Translations under genes and position numbers: made by a program | From: Chiloscyllium plagiosum | Lineage: Eukaryota | Assembly: GCF_004010195.1 (NCBI RefSeq) | Contig: NC_057719.1 | Span: forward strand, 76,912,702 to 76,976,701 | Length of the DNA stretch: 64,000 nt | Direction of reading: 5' to 3' | The notes under the pieces: generated by a model | Seen by the model: only the letters and a program-made list of their open reading frames with translations | Databases searched by the model: none | What the model was told of the DNA's origin: nothing | Shown: positions 25,042 to 37,411 of the stretch, piece by piece | Numbering within the stretch: position 1 is the stretch's first letter | Layout: each line of letters begins with the position of its first letter

Positions 25042-27876
25042 TCAGTTCCACTTACCAGCGTTCTCCCCGTAGCCCTTAATTCCTCGAGACAACAAGAATC
25101 TATCAATCTCGGCTTTGAAGACATTTAGCGTCCCGGCTTCCACTGCACTCCGTGGCAATGAATTCCACAGGCCCACCACTCTCTGGCTGAAGAAATGTCT
25201 CCGCATTTCTGTTCTGGAATGACCCCCTCTAATTCTAAGGCTGTGTCCACGGGTCCTAGTCTCCTCGTTTAACTGAAACAATTTCCTAGCATCCACCTTT
25301 TCCAAGCCATGTATTATTTTGTATGTCTCTATTAAGTCTCCCCTTAATCTTCTAAACTCCAACGAGTACAATCCCAGTATCCTCAGCCGTTTTTCATATG
25401 TTAGACCTGTCATTCCAGGGATCATCCGTGTGAATCTCCGCTGGACACGTTCCAGTGCCAGTATGTCCTTCCTGAGGTGTGGGGACCAAAACTGGACATA
25501 GTACTCCAAATGGGGCCTAACCAGAGGTTTATAAAGTCTTAGTAGTACATCTCTGCTTTTGTATTCCAACCCTCTTGAGATAAGAGACAACATTGCATTC
25601 GCTTTCTTAATCACGGACTCAACCTGCATGTTTACCTTTAGAGAATCCTCGACTAGCACTCCCCGATCCCTTTGTGCTTTGGCTTTATTAATTTTGTCAC
25701 CATTTAGAAAGTAGTCTATGCTTTTATTCTTTTTGCCAAAGTGCAAGACCTCGCACTTGCTCACGTTAAATTCCATCAGCCATTTCCTGGACCACTCTCC
25801 CAACCTGTCAAGATCCTTCTGCAGCCTCCCCACTTCCTCAGTACTACCTGCCTGTCCACCTAACTTCGTATCATCGGCAAACTTCGCTAGAATTCCCCCG
25901 GTTCCCTCATCCAAATCATTAATATATATTGCGAACAGCTGTGGCCCCAGCACCGGACCCTGCGGGGCACCGCTCGTCACCGGCTGCCATTCTGATAAAG
26001 GACCTTTTATCCCACCTCTCTGCCTTCTGTTAGACAGCCAATCCTCAGTCCATCCCAGCAGCTCACCTCGAACACCATGGGCCCTCACCTTGCTCAGCAG
26101 CCTCCCGTGTGGCACCTTATCAAAGGCCTTTTGAAAGTCTAGATAGATCACATCCACTGGGTTTCCCTGGTCTAACCTACTTGTTACCTCTTCAAAAAAT
26201 TCCAACAGGTTTGTCAGGCCTGTCCTCCCTTTACTAACTCCATGTTGACTTGTTCTAATCAGACTCTGCTCTTCCAAGAATTTAGAAACCTCATCCTTAA
26301 TGATGGATTCTAGAATTTTACCAACAACCGAGGTTAAGCTGATTGGCCTATAATTTTCCATGTTTTGCCTTGATCCTTTCTTGAACAAGGGGGTTACAAC
26401 AGCCATCTTCCAATCATCCGGTACCTTTCCTGACTCCAGTGACTCTTGAAAGATCTCAACCAATGCCTCTGCTATTTCCTCAGCCACCTCTCTCAGAACT
26501 CTAGGGTGTTTCCCATCGGGGCCAGGAGATTTATCAATTTTAAGATTTTTTAACTTTTCTAGCACTATCTCTTTCGTAATGGCAACCATATTCAACTCAG
26601 CCCCGTGACACCCTTTAATTTTTGGGATATTGCTCATGTCTTCCACTGTGAAAACTGATGCAAAGTACTTGTTAAGTTCTCCTGCTATATCCTTATCTCC
26701 CATCACTCGGCTTCCTGCATCAGTTTGAAGTGGCCCAATGTCTACTTTTGCCTGTCGTTTGTTTCTTATGTACTGAAAGAAACTTTTACTATTGTTTCTA
26801 ATATTACTGGCTAGCCTACCTTCATATTTGATCCTCTCATTTCTTATTACACTCTTTGTTATCCTCTGTTTGCTTTTGTATCCTTCCCAATCTTCTGATT
26901 TCCTACTGTTCTTAGCCACTTTATAGGATCTCTCTTTTTCTTTAATACATTTCCTGACTTCCTTTGTCAGCCAAGGTTGTCTAGTCCCTCCCCTGTTAAT
27001 CTTTCTTTTCTTGGGAATGAATCTCTGTACAGTGTCCTCAATTATACCTACAAACTCCTGCCATTTTTGCTCTGCTGTCTTCCCGGTTAGCCTCTGCTTC
27101 CAGTCTATTTTAGTCAGTTCCTCTCTCATGCCCTCATAATTACCTTTATTCAACTGTAACACTATTACATCCGATTTTGCCTTCTCCCTTTCAAACTCCA
27201 GCCTGAACTCTACCATATTATGGTCGCTACTTCCTAAGGGTTCTCTTACTTTAAGATCTTTTATAGAGTCTGGTTCATTGCAAAGCATTAGGTCCAGAAT
27301 AGCCTGCTCTCTTGTGGGCTCCATGACAAGCTGTTCCAAAAATCCATCCTGTAAGCATTCCATGAATTCCCTTTCTTTAGATCCGCTAGCAACATTATTT
27401 ACCCAGTCCACCTGCATATTGAAGTCTCCCGTGATCAATGTAACCTTGCCTTTCTGACTTGCCTTCTCTATTTCCCGGTACATGTTGCGTCCCTGGTCCT
27501 GACCACTGTTAGGAGGTCTATACACAACTCCAATTCTGTTTTTTTTGCCTTTGTGGTTCCTCAATTCCACCCACACAGCCTCCACATCATCCGACGCTAT
27601 GTCATTCAATATCATAGATTTAATTTTGTTCTTAACTAACAAGGCAACCCCACCCCCTTTGCCCACCTCTCTGTCTTTTCGATAAGTTGAAAGACCATGG
27701 AGGTTTAACTGCCAGTCCTGGCCCCCCTGTAACCAAGTCTCTGTGATGCCTACTACATCATAATCATTCACTATTATCTGTGCCATTAGTTCATCGGCTT
27801 TGTTATGTATGGTACGAGCATTCAGGTAAAGTGCCTTAATGCTAACTTCCTTATCATTAGAGATGTTGGAAGTCAT
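25042..27876 (-). CDS. CR1 LINE ORF2: APE endonuclease plus reverse transcriptase (944 aa)
   Basis: APE motifs YLNAR, VGITETW, GVVYRPP, GDFN, LDL, SDH. RT motifs NYRPISLTS, YLDFQKAFDKVPH, PQG.VLGP, KFADD. CR1 C-terminus RPHLEY..QFWSP, RRLRGDLIETYKI, FFSQRVV.LWN.LP. No stops or frameshifts. Confidence 0.96.
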   Translation of the reverse strand: MTSNISNDKEVSIKALYLNARTIHNKADELMAQIIVNDYDVVGITETWLQGGQDWQLNLHGLSTYRKDREVGKGGGVALLVKNKIKSMILNDIASDDVEAVWVELRNHKGKKNRIGVVYRPPNSGQDQGRNMYREIEKASQKGKVTLITGDFNMQVDWVNNVASGSKEREFMECLQDGFLEQLVMEPTREQAILDLMLCNEPDSIKDLKVREPLGSSDHNMVEFRLEFEREKAKSDVIVLQLNKGNYEGMREELTKIDWKQRLTGKTAEQKWQEFVGIIEDTVQRFIPKKRKINRGGTRQPWLTKEVRKCIKEKERSYKVAKNSRKSEDWEGYKSKQRITKSVIRNERIKYEGRLASNIRNNSKSFFQYIRNKRQAKVDIGPLQTDAGSRVMGDKDIAGELNKYFASVFTVEDMSNIPKIKGCHGAELNMVAITKEIVLEKLKNLKIDKSPGPDGKHPRVLREVAEEIAEALVEIFQESLESGKVPDDWKMAVVTPLFKKGSRQNMENYRPISLTSVVGKILESIIKDEVSKFLEEQSLIRTSQHGVSKGRTGLTNLLEFFEEVTSRLDQGNPVDVIYLDFQKAFDKVPHGRLLSKVRAHGVRGELLGWTEDWLSNRRQRGGIKGPLSEWQPVTSGAPQGPVLGPQLFAIYINDLDEGTGGILAKFADDTKLGGQAGSTEEVGRLQKDLDRLGEWSRKWLMEFNVSKCEVLHFGKKNKSIDYFLNGDKINKAKAQRDRGVLVEDSLKVNMQVESVIKKANAMLSLISRGLEYKSRDVLLRLYKPLVRPHLEYYVQFWSPHLRKDILALERVQRRFTRMIPGMTGLTYEKRLRILGLYSLEFRRLRGDLIETYKIIHGLEKVDARKLFQLNEETRTRGHSLRIRGGHSRTEMRRHFFSQRVVGLWNSLPRSAVEAGTLNVFKAEIDRFLLSRGIKGYGENAGKWN

Positions 27877-28017
27877 ATGTCCTAAGTTATCCTTGCTTTT
27901 TTACTGCATTCTCAGTCTGCCTCAATTTTACATCCGCCTGGAAACATTCTATCCTGCTGCTTATCTTGCCATTTACCTCCATACTCCCTGTCGCTTTCAC
28001 TTTCCCTTCCCCCCAAC

Positions 28018-28574
28018 TCAGAAGTTTAAAGTCCTACTGACCACCCTATTTATCCTCTTCGCTAGAACATTGGTACCTGATCGGTTCAGGTGGAGACCGT
28101 CCCAACGGTACAGATCCCCCCTGTTCCAAAACTGATGCCAATGCCCCATGAAGTGGAATCCCTCTTTCCCACACCAATCCCTTAGCCACGTGTTTACTTG
28201 CCTAATTTTCTTGTCCCTATGCCAATTGGCACGTGGCTCGGGCAGTAATCCGGAGATTATGACCCTTGAGGACCTGTGCTTCAATTTCCTGCCTAGTGCT
28301 TCATAATGTCCAAACAGGTCCTCCACCCTAGTCTTGCCTATGTTGTTGGTACCAACGTGGACCACAACAACTGGATCCTCCCCCTCCCGCTCCAATATCC
28401 TTTCAAGCCGGTGGGAGATGTCTCGCACCCTGGCACCGGGCAGGCAACACACCATGCGAGACTCCCGATCCGGCTTGCAAAGGATACTATCTGTCCCCTT
28501 AATTATAGAATCCCCTATAACCACTACTTGTCTATTAGCTCCCCCCTCTTGAATGGCCTTCTGGACCATGGTGC
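28018..28574 (-). CDS. CR1 LINE ORF1, C-terminal SGNH/GDSL esterase domain (5'-truncated)
   Basis: VVVIGDS, LPGA, VHVGTNN and DGLHLN are the four SGNH blocks. Sequence beyond 28574 in the ORF track is the antisense of the host CR1. Confidence 0.9.
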
Positions 28575-30119
28575 TAACTTTATAGAGGTTTATAAAATCA
28601 CGTGGGACATAGATAAGGGAAATAGCAAAGGTCTTTTCCCTAAGGTGGGGGCATATTTTTAAGGTGGGAGGAGAAAGATTTAAAAAGGACATGAAAGTCA
28701 ACTTTTTACACAGAAAGTGTGTGTGGAATGAACTGTCAAAAGAAGTGGTGGATGCAAGTTCAGTGTTTAAAAGATATTTGGATAAGTACTTGAGTAGAAA
28801 GGGTGTGGAGGAATAAGGGCCAAATGCAGACAGGTGGGATTACTTTAGTTTGGGAACACAGTCGGTGTGAACTAGTCGGACTGAAGGGTTTGTTTCCATG
28901 CCGTATGACTCTATGACTCTATAACAAGCTTCACACTGGATTCCTAGAAATGATAATTTACTGCACAGCTACTATGTAAACTCCTATGTTGAAGCAATAC
29001 AGCTTGATGCTTTCAGTGGTAATCCACAGCAAATTTCATTGAAAAGCTACTTCAAATTGTCTCATGAGAGAGGATTGTGATACCCTGATGAATAAAATCT
29101 CTACCACAAAGCCTGCATTTGCTCAGTGCCAGATATACAGTTCTGTTGGGGTGGGGGTGAGCACAATTAGTGCTCAAGTCCTGAGTGGAAGGTTGGACTC
29201 CAAATGCTCCAGAGCGGTATTTACAGTTGCCCAGTGAATCATTATCTGCTGCATATCAGTGGGAACCACCATTCACTAGATGCCACCTTATGGTATGACT
29301 TGGACACTGCAACGTGTAATTGAATAATTTAATAGTATGCATAGTATGTTCGAAATTAAACAGTTGAAGAAATGTGATTTGGTTTGGTGATCTAAACCAA
29401 ATGTTTGGATCACACAAATCTGTAAAATTCAACCCAATGCTTGAGTTTGGCTCGGAAAACTACTCCTAGTTCTCTAGTAATATTGGACCCATGGAAGTGT
29501 GTGAGATCAGTGAAATAATGCAAACTTGAACTGAATTACCGACAAATGTACCCTCATTTTAGACTAAGTATTTTTATCTACTCAACATATCACAGAAGCT
29601 CATTTGATATTTATCTATCAATACAATAGGACACTAGTGGGACATTAAAATGAAAATCCTGTTTCAAAATCTTAAAATCCCCAATTCTTGGAGAGCTATG
29701 ACAAAATAAAATGGTGGATCAATTTAGTTACCTATTTATACATTATTTACTTTGTGTTAAGAGCTAAGCATAAATATTCTACCTTTCAGAGAAGTGTAAT
29801 TATGAGCTTCTGGGAGGCAAAGGGATTTAATGTATCAATTATCAATTGATTTTTAAGAGGGGAGGAGTTGCTAGAGTAAATATTTTACTTTTGGAAGATA
29901 TTTTTCTGGCCAATTCATTCAGAAAATAAATTGCTTTTAAAATCAAAGGGATCTAATACATGTTTGTTCGAGAATCAATGGATTTGTTGTGAAATTTCCG
30001 CAAGTTCATTGTTGACAGTCTATTAATTGTTCTATGTATGCAAAATAAGAAGTGCAAATAATATTCTACCTGTTGAATTTGCTTTCTTTTCCCTAATCTG
30101 CCTTCATTCCCCTTCCTAG

Positions 30120-30650
30120 CTATTTACTCCACCACTGCTTACAGAAGACTGATCTCTCTTTCATCCTTTCTTCTTCATTATATATGTGGGCATGGCTTGA
30201 GATCCCAGATGAATAATTTATACTTGTGAAAATTGATACAGAATATTCTTCTTGCTTCCCTATTATTATGTCCCTAGCCTCGATGTCTAATGGGCTTATG
30301 TTAACTTTGGGTTCTCTTTTTCTTTTTATATATTTAAAGAAGCTCTTGCTGTCCATTTTGATATTACTTGCAAGTTTACAATCAAAATTTATCTTTTCAC
30401 CTTTACATTTTTTTTTGGTTGTTGTTTTTACAACTTTCCCAATTATCTGGTTCACCACTAATCTTGGCCACATTACATGTATTTTTTGATGCTGTTCTTA
30501 ACTTCCCTAATTAACCATGGTTGGTTTGTCCCCTTTCTAGTTGGGACATATTTTTGCTTAAGCCATAAACCATTTTCTTATACATGCCATTAGTCCTCAA
30601 TCATCACCTTGGCCAGTCCACTTCAGTCACCTCTGCCCTCATTTCTTTGT
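30120..30650 (-). mobile_element. Internal CR1 ORF2 remnant
   Basis: KLASNIKMDSKSFFKYIKRKR parallels RLASNIRNNSKSFFQYIRNKR in the intact ORF2. Confidence 0.8.
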
Positions 30651-30839
30651 TCTTTATTAAATGGTTCTATGACACCTTTTATCACTACTGCCCGATATGA
30701 ACAGAACAGTGGGACACTGATTCAATGTATCTCCAAAAATAACGCACTCCACCAGAACTGCACTGAAGTACTGGATTAGTAGATATATATGAGACATTTG
30801 TAGACACTCATATTCGGGGTCAGAAAATCCTATTTAAAG

Positions 30840-31040
30840 ATAAAGTCACCACTATCTTACCAGACTATAAGACTGCTATCTCATCAGAGAGAGAGAGGAC
30901 TGCTGATAGTTGAACCTGAGGGTCACCTATGCCTCAAGTAAAGGGAAGGTAACCTTGAGAAGGTAACCTCTGCCCATAAAGGAATTAAACCCATGCTATT
31001 TGCTGCACAATAAACCAGCTATGCAGCCAACTGAGCTCAG
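30840..31040 (-). mobile_element. tRNA-derived SINE
   Basis: Minus strand reads agctcagttggctg...gggtttaattcc...gaccctcaggttcaac...ctctctctctgatgaga. Confidence 0.6.
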
Positions 31041-31184
31041 CTAAATGTGAAAAATATTTTATCAATGCTTATGCCCTTTCAAATATAATTCACAGAAAAT
31101 AAGAGTACAAAGATGTCTGATGGCTTAAAATTTGCTAATATCTAAATTGAACCATCACCAAAAATATATTTCCTTAACAACCTC

Positions 31185-31985
31185 TATCTGCATTCTGTAG
31201 GGACCATTCCCTCCGTAACTCCCTTGTTAGGTCCATTCTCCCCATCCACCCAGCGCCTCTCCATACCTGGTACCGTCACTTGCTGTGGTAAGATGTGCAA
31301 AACCTGCAGCCACACCTCTCCTCTCAACTCAGTCCAAGTTCCCAAAGGCGTTATTCCAAATCTGGCAGAGATCTATTTGTACATCCTCCAACCTCATTTC
31401 TTGCATCCTGTGCTCTCGAAGTGGTCTCCTCTACATCTGAGAGACTGAGCGCAAATTTGCAGAATGGTTCAGGGAAGATCTCTGTTCCATACCCACCAAC
31501 CAACTCGATCTTCCTTTGGCCATTCACTTCAACTCCTTCTCCCGCTCCCCAGAGGTCATATCCATTCTGGGCCTCCTTATTCACCTACACAAGACCATCC
31601 ACAAACTGGAGGAGGAACACCTCATCTTCCACTTTGGGGGCCTATAACCACACGGCATGAACATTGAATTCCCCAGTTTGATAGCTCCCCTCCCCCCACC
31701 CCATCCCAGGTCCAACCTTCCAACTCAGATCTGCTCTCTTGACTTAACTTACTTGTCTATCTTCCTTCTCACCTATCGACCCCTCAGTCCCCACCAACCT
31801 ATCACCATCACCCCCTACTCTCACCCACCTACCATTCCCCTAAACCTACGCCCCTCCTCCTATTTATCGCTTAGTCCCCTTCCCCCTCCCCAGTCCAGAA
31901 GAAGGGTCCTGCCCAAAACATCGACTCTCTTGCTCCTTGGATGCTGCCTGGCTTACTGTGCTTTTCCCAGTGCCACGCTTTGTTA
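31185..31985 (+). mobile_element. Penelope-like element 3' part (Cys linker plus GIY-YIG remnant)
   Basis: SLRNSLV.S, C...CKTC.H, GLLYI.ET-like and EEHLIF.LG-like motifs, and a degenerate hammerhead agtc-CAGAAGA...AAAACATC-gact at ~31892-31927. Confidence 0.85.
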
Positions 31986-34900
31986 AAGTTGCTAATACTG
32001 AAAAAGTTTTGTGTGCAAAAATAATCAACCAATCCAAAGTTGTTAGTGTGTACCACCACCTGGAGGCTCACAATGTTAAAATCCTGTTCACATAGATGCC
32101 TGGATACAGGTCCTGGTTGATCAGTGAGTGACAGGACTCACTAGAGGTGCTGAAGAGGCCCTGCCAAAATTCAGACACTCTGAGAAATTATTGACGTGAA
32201 ACTGAGAACTAAGATACAGTTTAAGAACAGTAGAGTGATTGTCACTGTTCTAAAAAGAGTTGCTGTAAGCATATACATACACTGTATACTCTCCAAGGTG
32301 AACCCCAATTTAGCTTCAGAACACTCGAAAGCCAATGTTTTCTTTGGAAATGATGAAAAAATGAATTCTAATTTTTGAGTTTCTTCTAAACTAAACCAGA
32401 CTCACCACTAAACTCCACATCCCAATTACACCTTCCTAGACACTTATACCTTCTGTCAACCATCATGCCCCCAACCAGAAACTTCCCCGATCCAACGCAA
32501 TTGGACACTCACCGTATCTCCCCGAATGGACACTGCCAGACCCAATGCCTCCGCCAGCCTGAGCATCCACCAACAAACCCCATTCAGCCTGATGCAACAA
32601 ACCTGCACCCCCTCTCCCCCCATCCACCAACACTACCACCTACAACCTCCCAGACCCTGGCTTAACATACCCTGCTCCACCCCACCACCAGCAGCATCTG
32701 ACAACCTATAAGCCCAAAGCAACACTCTACTCCACCACCAGCTGATCTCAGCATCCCCCCCACACTGCTTGATGTAATCCCATTCCCCCACTGGTCTGAC
32801 ACCCCTGATCCGACAACACCTTGACCCGTTGGACCTGTCACTGATCCACATTCTGTCACAGAACATGACACCCTGCCCTCTCTCCACACTCATCCCAGCA
32901 CCCAACCTCAAACCGATTGCAAGCCTGACCTACATATTCCTTCACCTCTTGGGTGTCCCATCCTGTTGGCACTCTCCCCACCTAATATGCTATTGAGCTT
33001 ATTCATAGAGCACCCTAAGGACACAATTACCTTACATATTTATGCTTTCACAGGATCTAACAAATGGCTGGATGTGCTGCTGGATATTTAGATCACAGAA
33101 TCTAGCTCATTGACTGCTGCAAAATGGAACATGTCTTCAATGATCAACTTCGCTGATAGATTCATGGATTTCTGGACAGGCTGGAATATGAGATCCCTGT
33201 CCAGGGATCAATTTGAAAAACATTTAAAGGCGTGTGGATGATTTTTAATCCAATCAGTGTCGAAAATAGGTTCAGTCAACCTTATGGAAATACCTGGGCC
33301 ATTGTGTTAAGTGTTGGAACTTTTAAAAAGTGCGCAGATAGAGCAGCCAACAACCTTTAACAAGGAAGGAGTCATATTGGCCCAGATCTCAGTGTCAGCA
33401 TCAGATCTGTTCTTTGTAATTCTGGCTAAAGAAACACTTACTTACTTCACTCTGATTCTTCTGGCAAAATATTCATTGGAGGATCCTGCAGAAATCACCC
33501 AGTGCAGGAAACCTGGGCGATATCAGTGAAGGGAGTCTGCAGAGAAGCCACCCTGTCTTTCATGGCACTAGCTGTCATATTCTGCTAAGAAAAAGCTTCT
33601 CAGTCCCTTTGTGTATCTGTGTGAATGCACTTCTGTACAATTGGACTAGGTAAAGAGCTAAAGAACTCGGATGGGTAAGTTGGTACAGCTGGGGAGGATG
33701 GCAGCTATGTAAGCTGGCACCTGGGTGTGGGAGCAAGGTCAAGACAGCTTGGGTTGGAGGAATCAGGAAACAGTGACAGGTGGTGGTTCATCAGTGGATT
33801 CAATCAATCAATCGGACAAAACTTTCAGTATAACATCCACTGGGTAAATATTCAGATAAGTCATTGTCAAAACTATCTGAAGTCTCCATTGAAAGATTGT
33901 GGGAGTAGAGGAATTGCCCATCAGAAGTTCAAAGTTCCTGGGAAATTCCCATGCAGTCAGTGTGTCAAACTTTTCTGGTGTCCCAATATGCACATGGAGA
34001 ATGTACCAGTCAGATGCTGACTGACAGTAAACTGAGCATGATAACTCTGATTCGTCAAAGCATCGCCTGATGACTAAAGCAGAGAATGGCTACCGTTTGT
34101 TTATTTGAAACAGGTGGTCTCCGGGAGTGGAAGATCTAGGTGTATTCATAGTCAGCTAGTGAAGGTTGTAAGTGGGGCCAGGAGACTGCAATAAGATACA
34201 AAAACAAGGATACACACTGTAAAGAGGAGAACAAAAGGCATTTCTTTTCTTCCTGTTTCCAGAGCACTTCTACTCCTCATCTCACTACTGTGCACTATTT
34301 ACTTCTGGTATCTTCCTTTGAATTCAGTGTTGGGTGTTGTTTCTATACTGCTATTGGTGGATTTAACCTCATTTCAATCATCAGGAACATGTGTTCCTAT
34401 GTTTTGCAGACTTTTAAAATAAAAACAAATTGCCATGGAATATATCAGCAGCAAAATGGTTTGGTTTGGGGTGGACAGGAGTCATATTACTGTCTGGTAT
34501 CCAATATAACACTTCAGCTGAATGATCCACCCTTGGCTATGTAGCTGACCTAACAAACATTGTTTGGTCAACATTTTTATATTTAAGAGAACTAATAATG
34601 TTGTTTAGTTATCTTATACATATAATTTTGAACATTTTCTCTAAATTCTTTGCCTCTCTACCTCACTCTGAATCTTCAAAAAGCCAACCTTTCTAAACAT
34701 TCCATTTGCATCTCCTAACGCTCGCAGATTGAGATCCTTTCTTCCTCCAGGAACTGTTTTGGAATGTCATTCTCAAGGGAGTACAGTAGGGATGTGAGTG
34801 GCACTAACTGGATGGCTCCTTCAGCAAACTGGTGCAATTATCATGGATTGAAGGGTTACTGGTCATGCTCCAAAATTCTATGCATTCTCTCTCTAATCTA

Positions 34901-35179
34901 GTTTGCTTCCCCACTTCTATTTCCTTTTTTTAAGTCCATCGTAAAACCCACTTCTTTGATGAAACTTTCCATCACCTTCTCAAATATTTCTCTCTTTGGC
35001 TTCAAATGCTACACGAATTCTAGTTTTTTGATGCAAACTTGGATAATTTAGCATTCTCAATAACAGTACAGGCAGTCTGCTTATAATTGTGACCACTTTG
35101 GAACAAGCTATTTTCTTCTGAAATAAGTACTGATTTTGACATGTTGAAGGATTTGAGCAGTGATTGAGCATTATTAATA

Positions 35180-35312
35180 GTTCTGAGGAAGGGTCATTGG
35201 ACCTGAAATATTAACTCTGATTTCTCTCCATAGATGCTGCCAGATCTGCTGATCATTTCCAGCATTTTCTGTTTTTCTTTCTGATTTCCAGCATCCAGGT
35301 AACTTCAGTTTT
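35180..35312 (+). mobile_element. Short hammerhead-bearing Penelope-derived element
   Basis: AGTT-CTGAGGA-A-GGGTC-ATTG-GACCT-GAA-ATAT-T-AACT at 35179-35217. TSD ca(t/c)tattaata at 35169-35179 and 35313-35323. Confidence 0.7.
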
Positions 35313-35354
35313 CACTATTAATATTAGTTTGGTAATACACAAATTGAGTATTGC

Positions 35355-35685
35355 TGAAAGGAGACACATTTTATCTAAATTTTTTGTCTTGCACTCATCA
35401 GAACAATTCACAAGAATATCAATGTAAAGACGAACAGCAAAGTTAGACAGTAGGAGCAGAGGTACTGATTGGTTGACCAGAGGACTCTGATTGGTTGAGG
35501 CATTTCCATCGAGGATGCACTAGTCAGATAATGACTGACAGTAAACTGGGCATGATGACTCTAATTCGTCAAAGTATTGTCTGAGGAATAAAGTAGAGAA
35601 TGGTTCCCAGTTGTTTAGCTGAAATAGGCAAAGTGTGTGTACATATTCTTTCTGTCTGCAGACCCAGAATAGGGCCCTGTGTTTT
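35355..35685 (-). mobile_element. Unclassified interspersed repeat with a degenerate hammerhead-like motif; partial second copy at ~33992-34113
   Basis: Minus strand reads gttCTGATGAgtgcaagacAAAAAATTTAgat. 35508-35629 aligns with 33992-34113. Confidence 0.5.
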
Positions 35686-36819
35686 TGTCTAAAATTTTCC
35701 TCGGATGTCTTAATGCACTCCATCCTGAGCTCAAATTCACCTTTGTAATGAAGCAGTCAAATGAATTTCTTTTCCTCTACACACTAGTTGAGAAATCTGC
35801 CTGAGGATCTCTAATTTTGTGTACTGCAAACCTACCTTCACTGGGCAATATATACATTGGGATCTTTATAGTTTCCCATACTATAACATTGACCTAATTG
35901 ACAAGCATACAAAGAGCGTGCAAGCCATTTCCATACGATACAAATTTTATGCTGAAGTAGGGCATGTCAAAGCTATCCTGTGAAATAATGCCAACCCTCA
36001 TCATATCATTTCTCGCCATATACTGCGCAAACTTATGAATGGGCAAATGGCCACCAATTTCAATCTTGAAAGTGCTCCGTCTATCTCAGATTACGCTGGT
36101 AAGGTATCTCAAAACAGTTGAGCAACAAGTGAAGCGAAATGTTTCATGCTGCCACTAAGCAGTAGTGTCCCCCATTAACCCCTTTTAATGATGGGTACAT
36201 GAACAGGAAAGGTTGCGAGGGATATGGGCCCAATGCTGGCAAATTGGATTAGATTAATTTAGGATATCTGGTCAGCATGAACGAGTTGGACCGAATGGTC
36301 TGTTTGCATGCTGTACATCTCTTTGACTCTGTGTGGTAGATTCTTTTCCTGTGGCACTTGGTCCCAAAGCCAACTAAAACTTCTTATCCTGGTGTTCAAG
36401 TTCTTCAATCCTCCCTGTTATCGTAAATCCCTCCATGCTTACAACTCCATGAGCTCCGCGTTCCTCCCAGTTCAAGTCTGCAACTTATATGACTTCCCTT
36501 GCCAGTATTGTTACAGCACTCGTGACTGTCTCTTCAGTCGCCAGGCCCAGTTTCTCGAATTTCCCCTCAAAAGCCAGCTTTGTATCCTGCTTCAAGACTC
36601 TTGAAAATCCATAAAGCTGAGTTGGATTTTGTTTTAAAATGCTGAGAACCACATTCTGTCACTTTACCGTGTTCCTATATCAATGCAAATACTTGTCTTT
36701 GTAGTGATGTGAATGAATCACAAACATTTTTTTAACATTCATGCCAAGAAAGAAGTGTTGGTAAACATAGTTTTGTATTCCTGAAGATGTCTCCTCTCAG
36801 CGCTTTGACCGTCAACAAC

Positions 36820-37411
<592 letters not shown>

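Larger units (their letters stand above)
24792..28574 (-). mobile_element. Young 5'-truncated CR1-clade (HER1-like) LINE with a duplicated 3' end, nested in an older plus-strand CR1
   Basis: Tail repeat ATAAGACC at 24792, 3'UTR, intact ORF2 and partial ORF1. The host CR1 reads continuously across it (gagattgagggaTAA...TAActttatagagg). Confidence 0.95.
24230..28920 (+). mobile_element. Old decayed CR1 3' portion split by the young element (24230-24795 and 28575-28920)
   Basis: Decayed RT to C-terminal sequence on both sides and a tail tatgactctatgactcta at ~28905-28921. Confidence 0.85.

Noticed and set aside
25042..27876. Domesticated host gene or novel RT system
   Set aside because: Tail, 3'UTR, truncated ORF1 and nesting inside another repeat mark an ordinary recent CR1 insertion.
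28575..28701. N-terminal part of the 227-aa ORF
   Set aside because: Chance read-through into the antisense strand of the host CR1, not part of ORF1.
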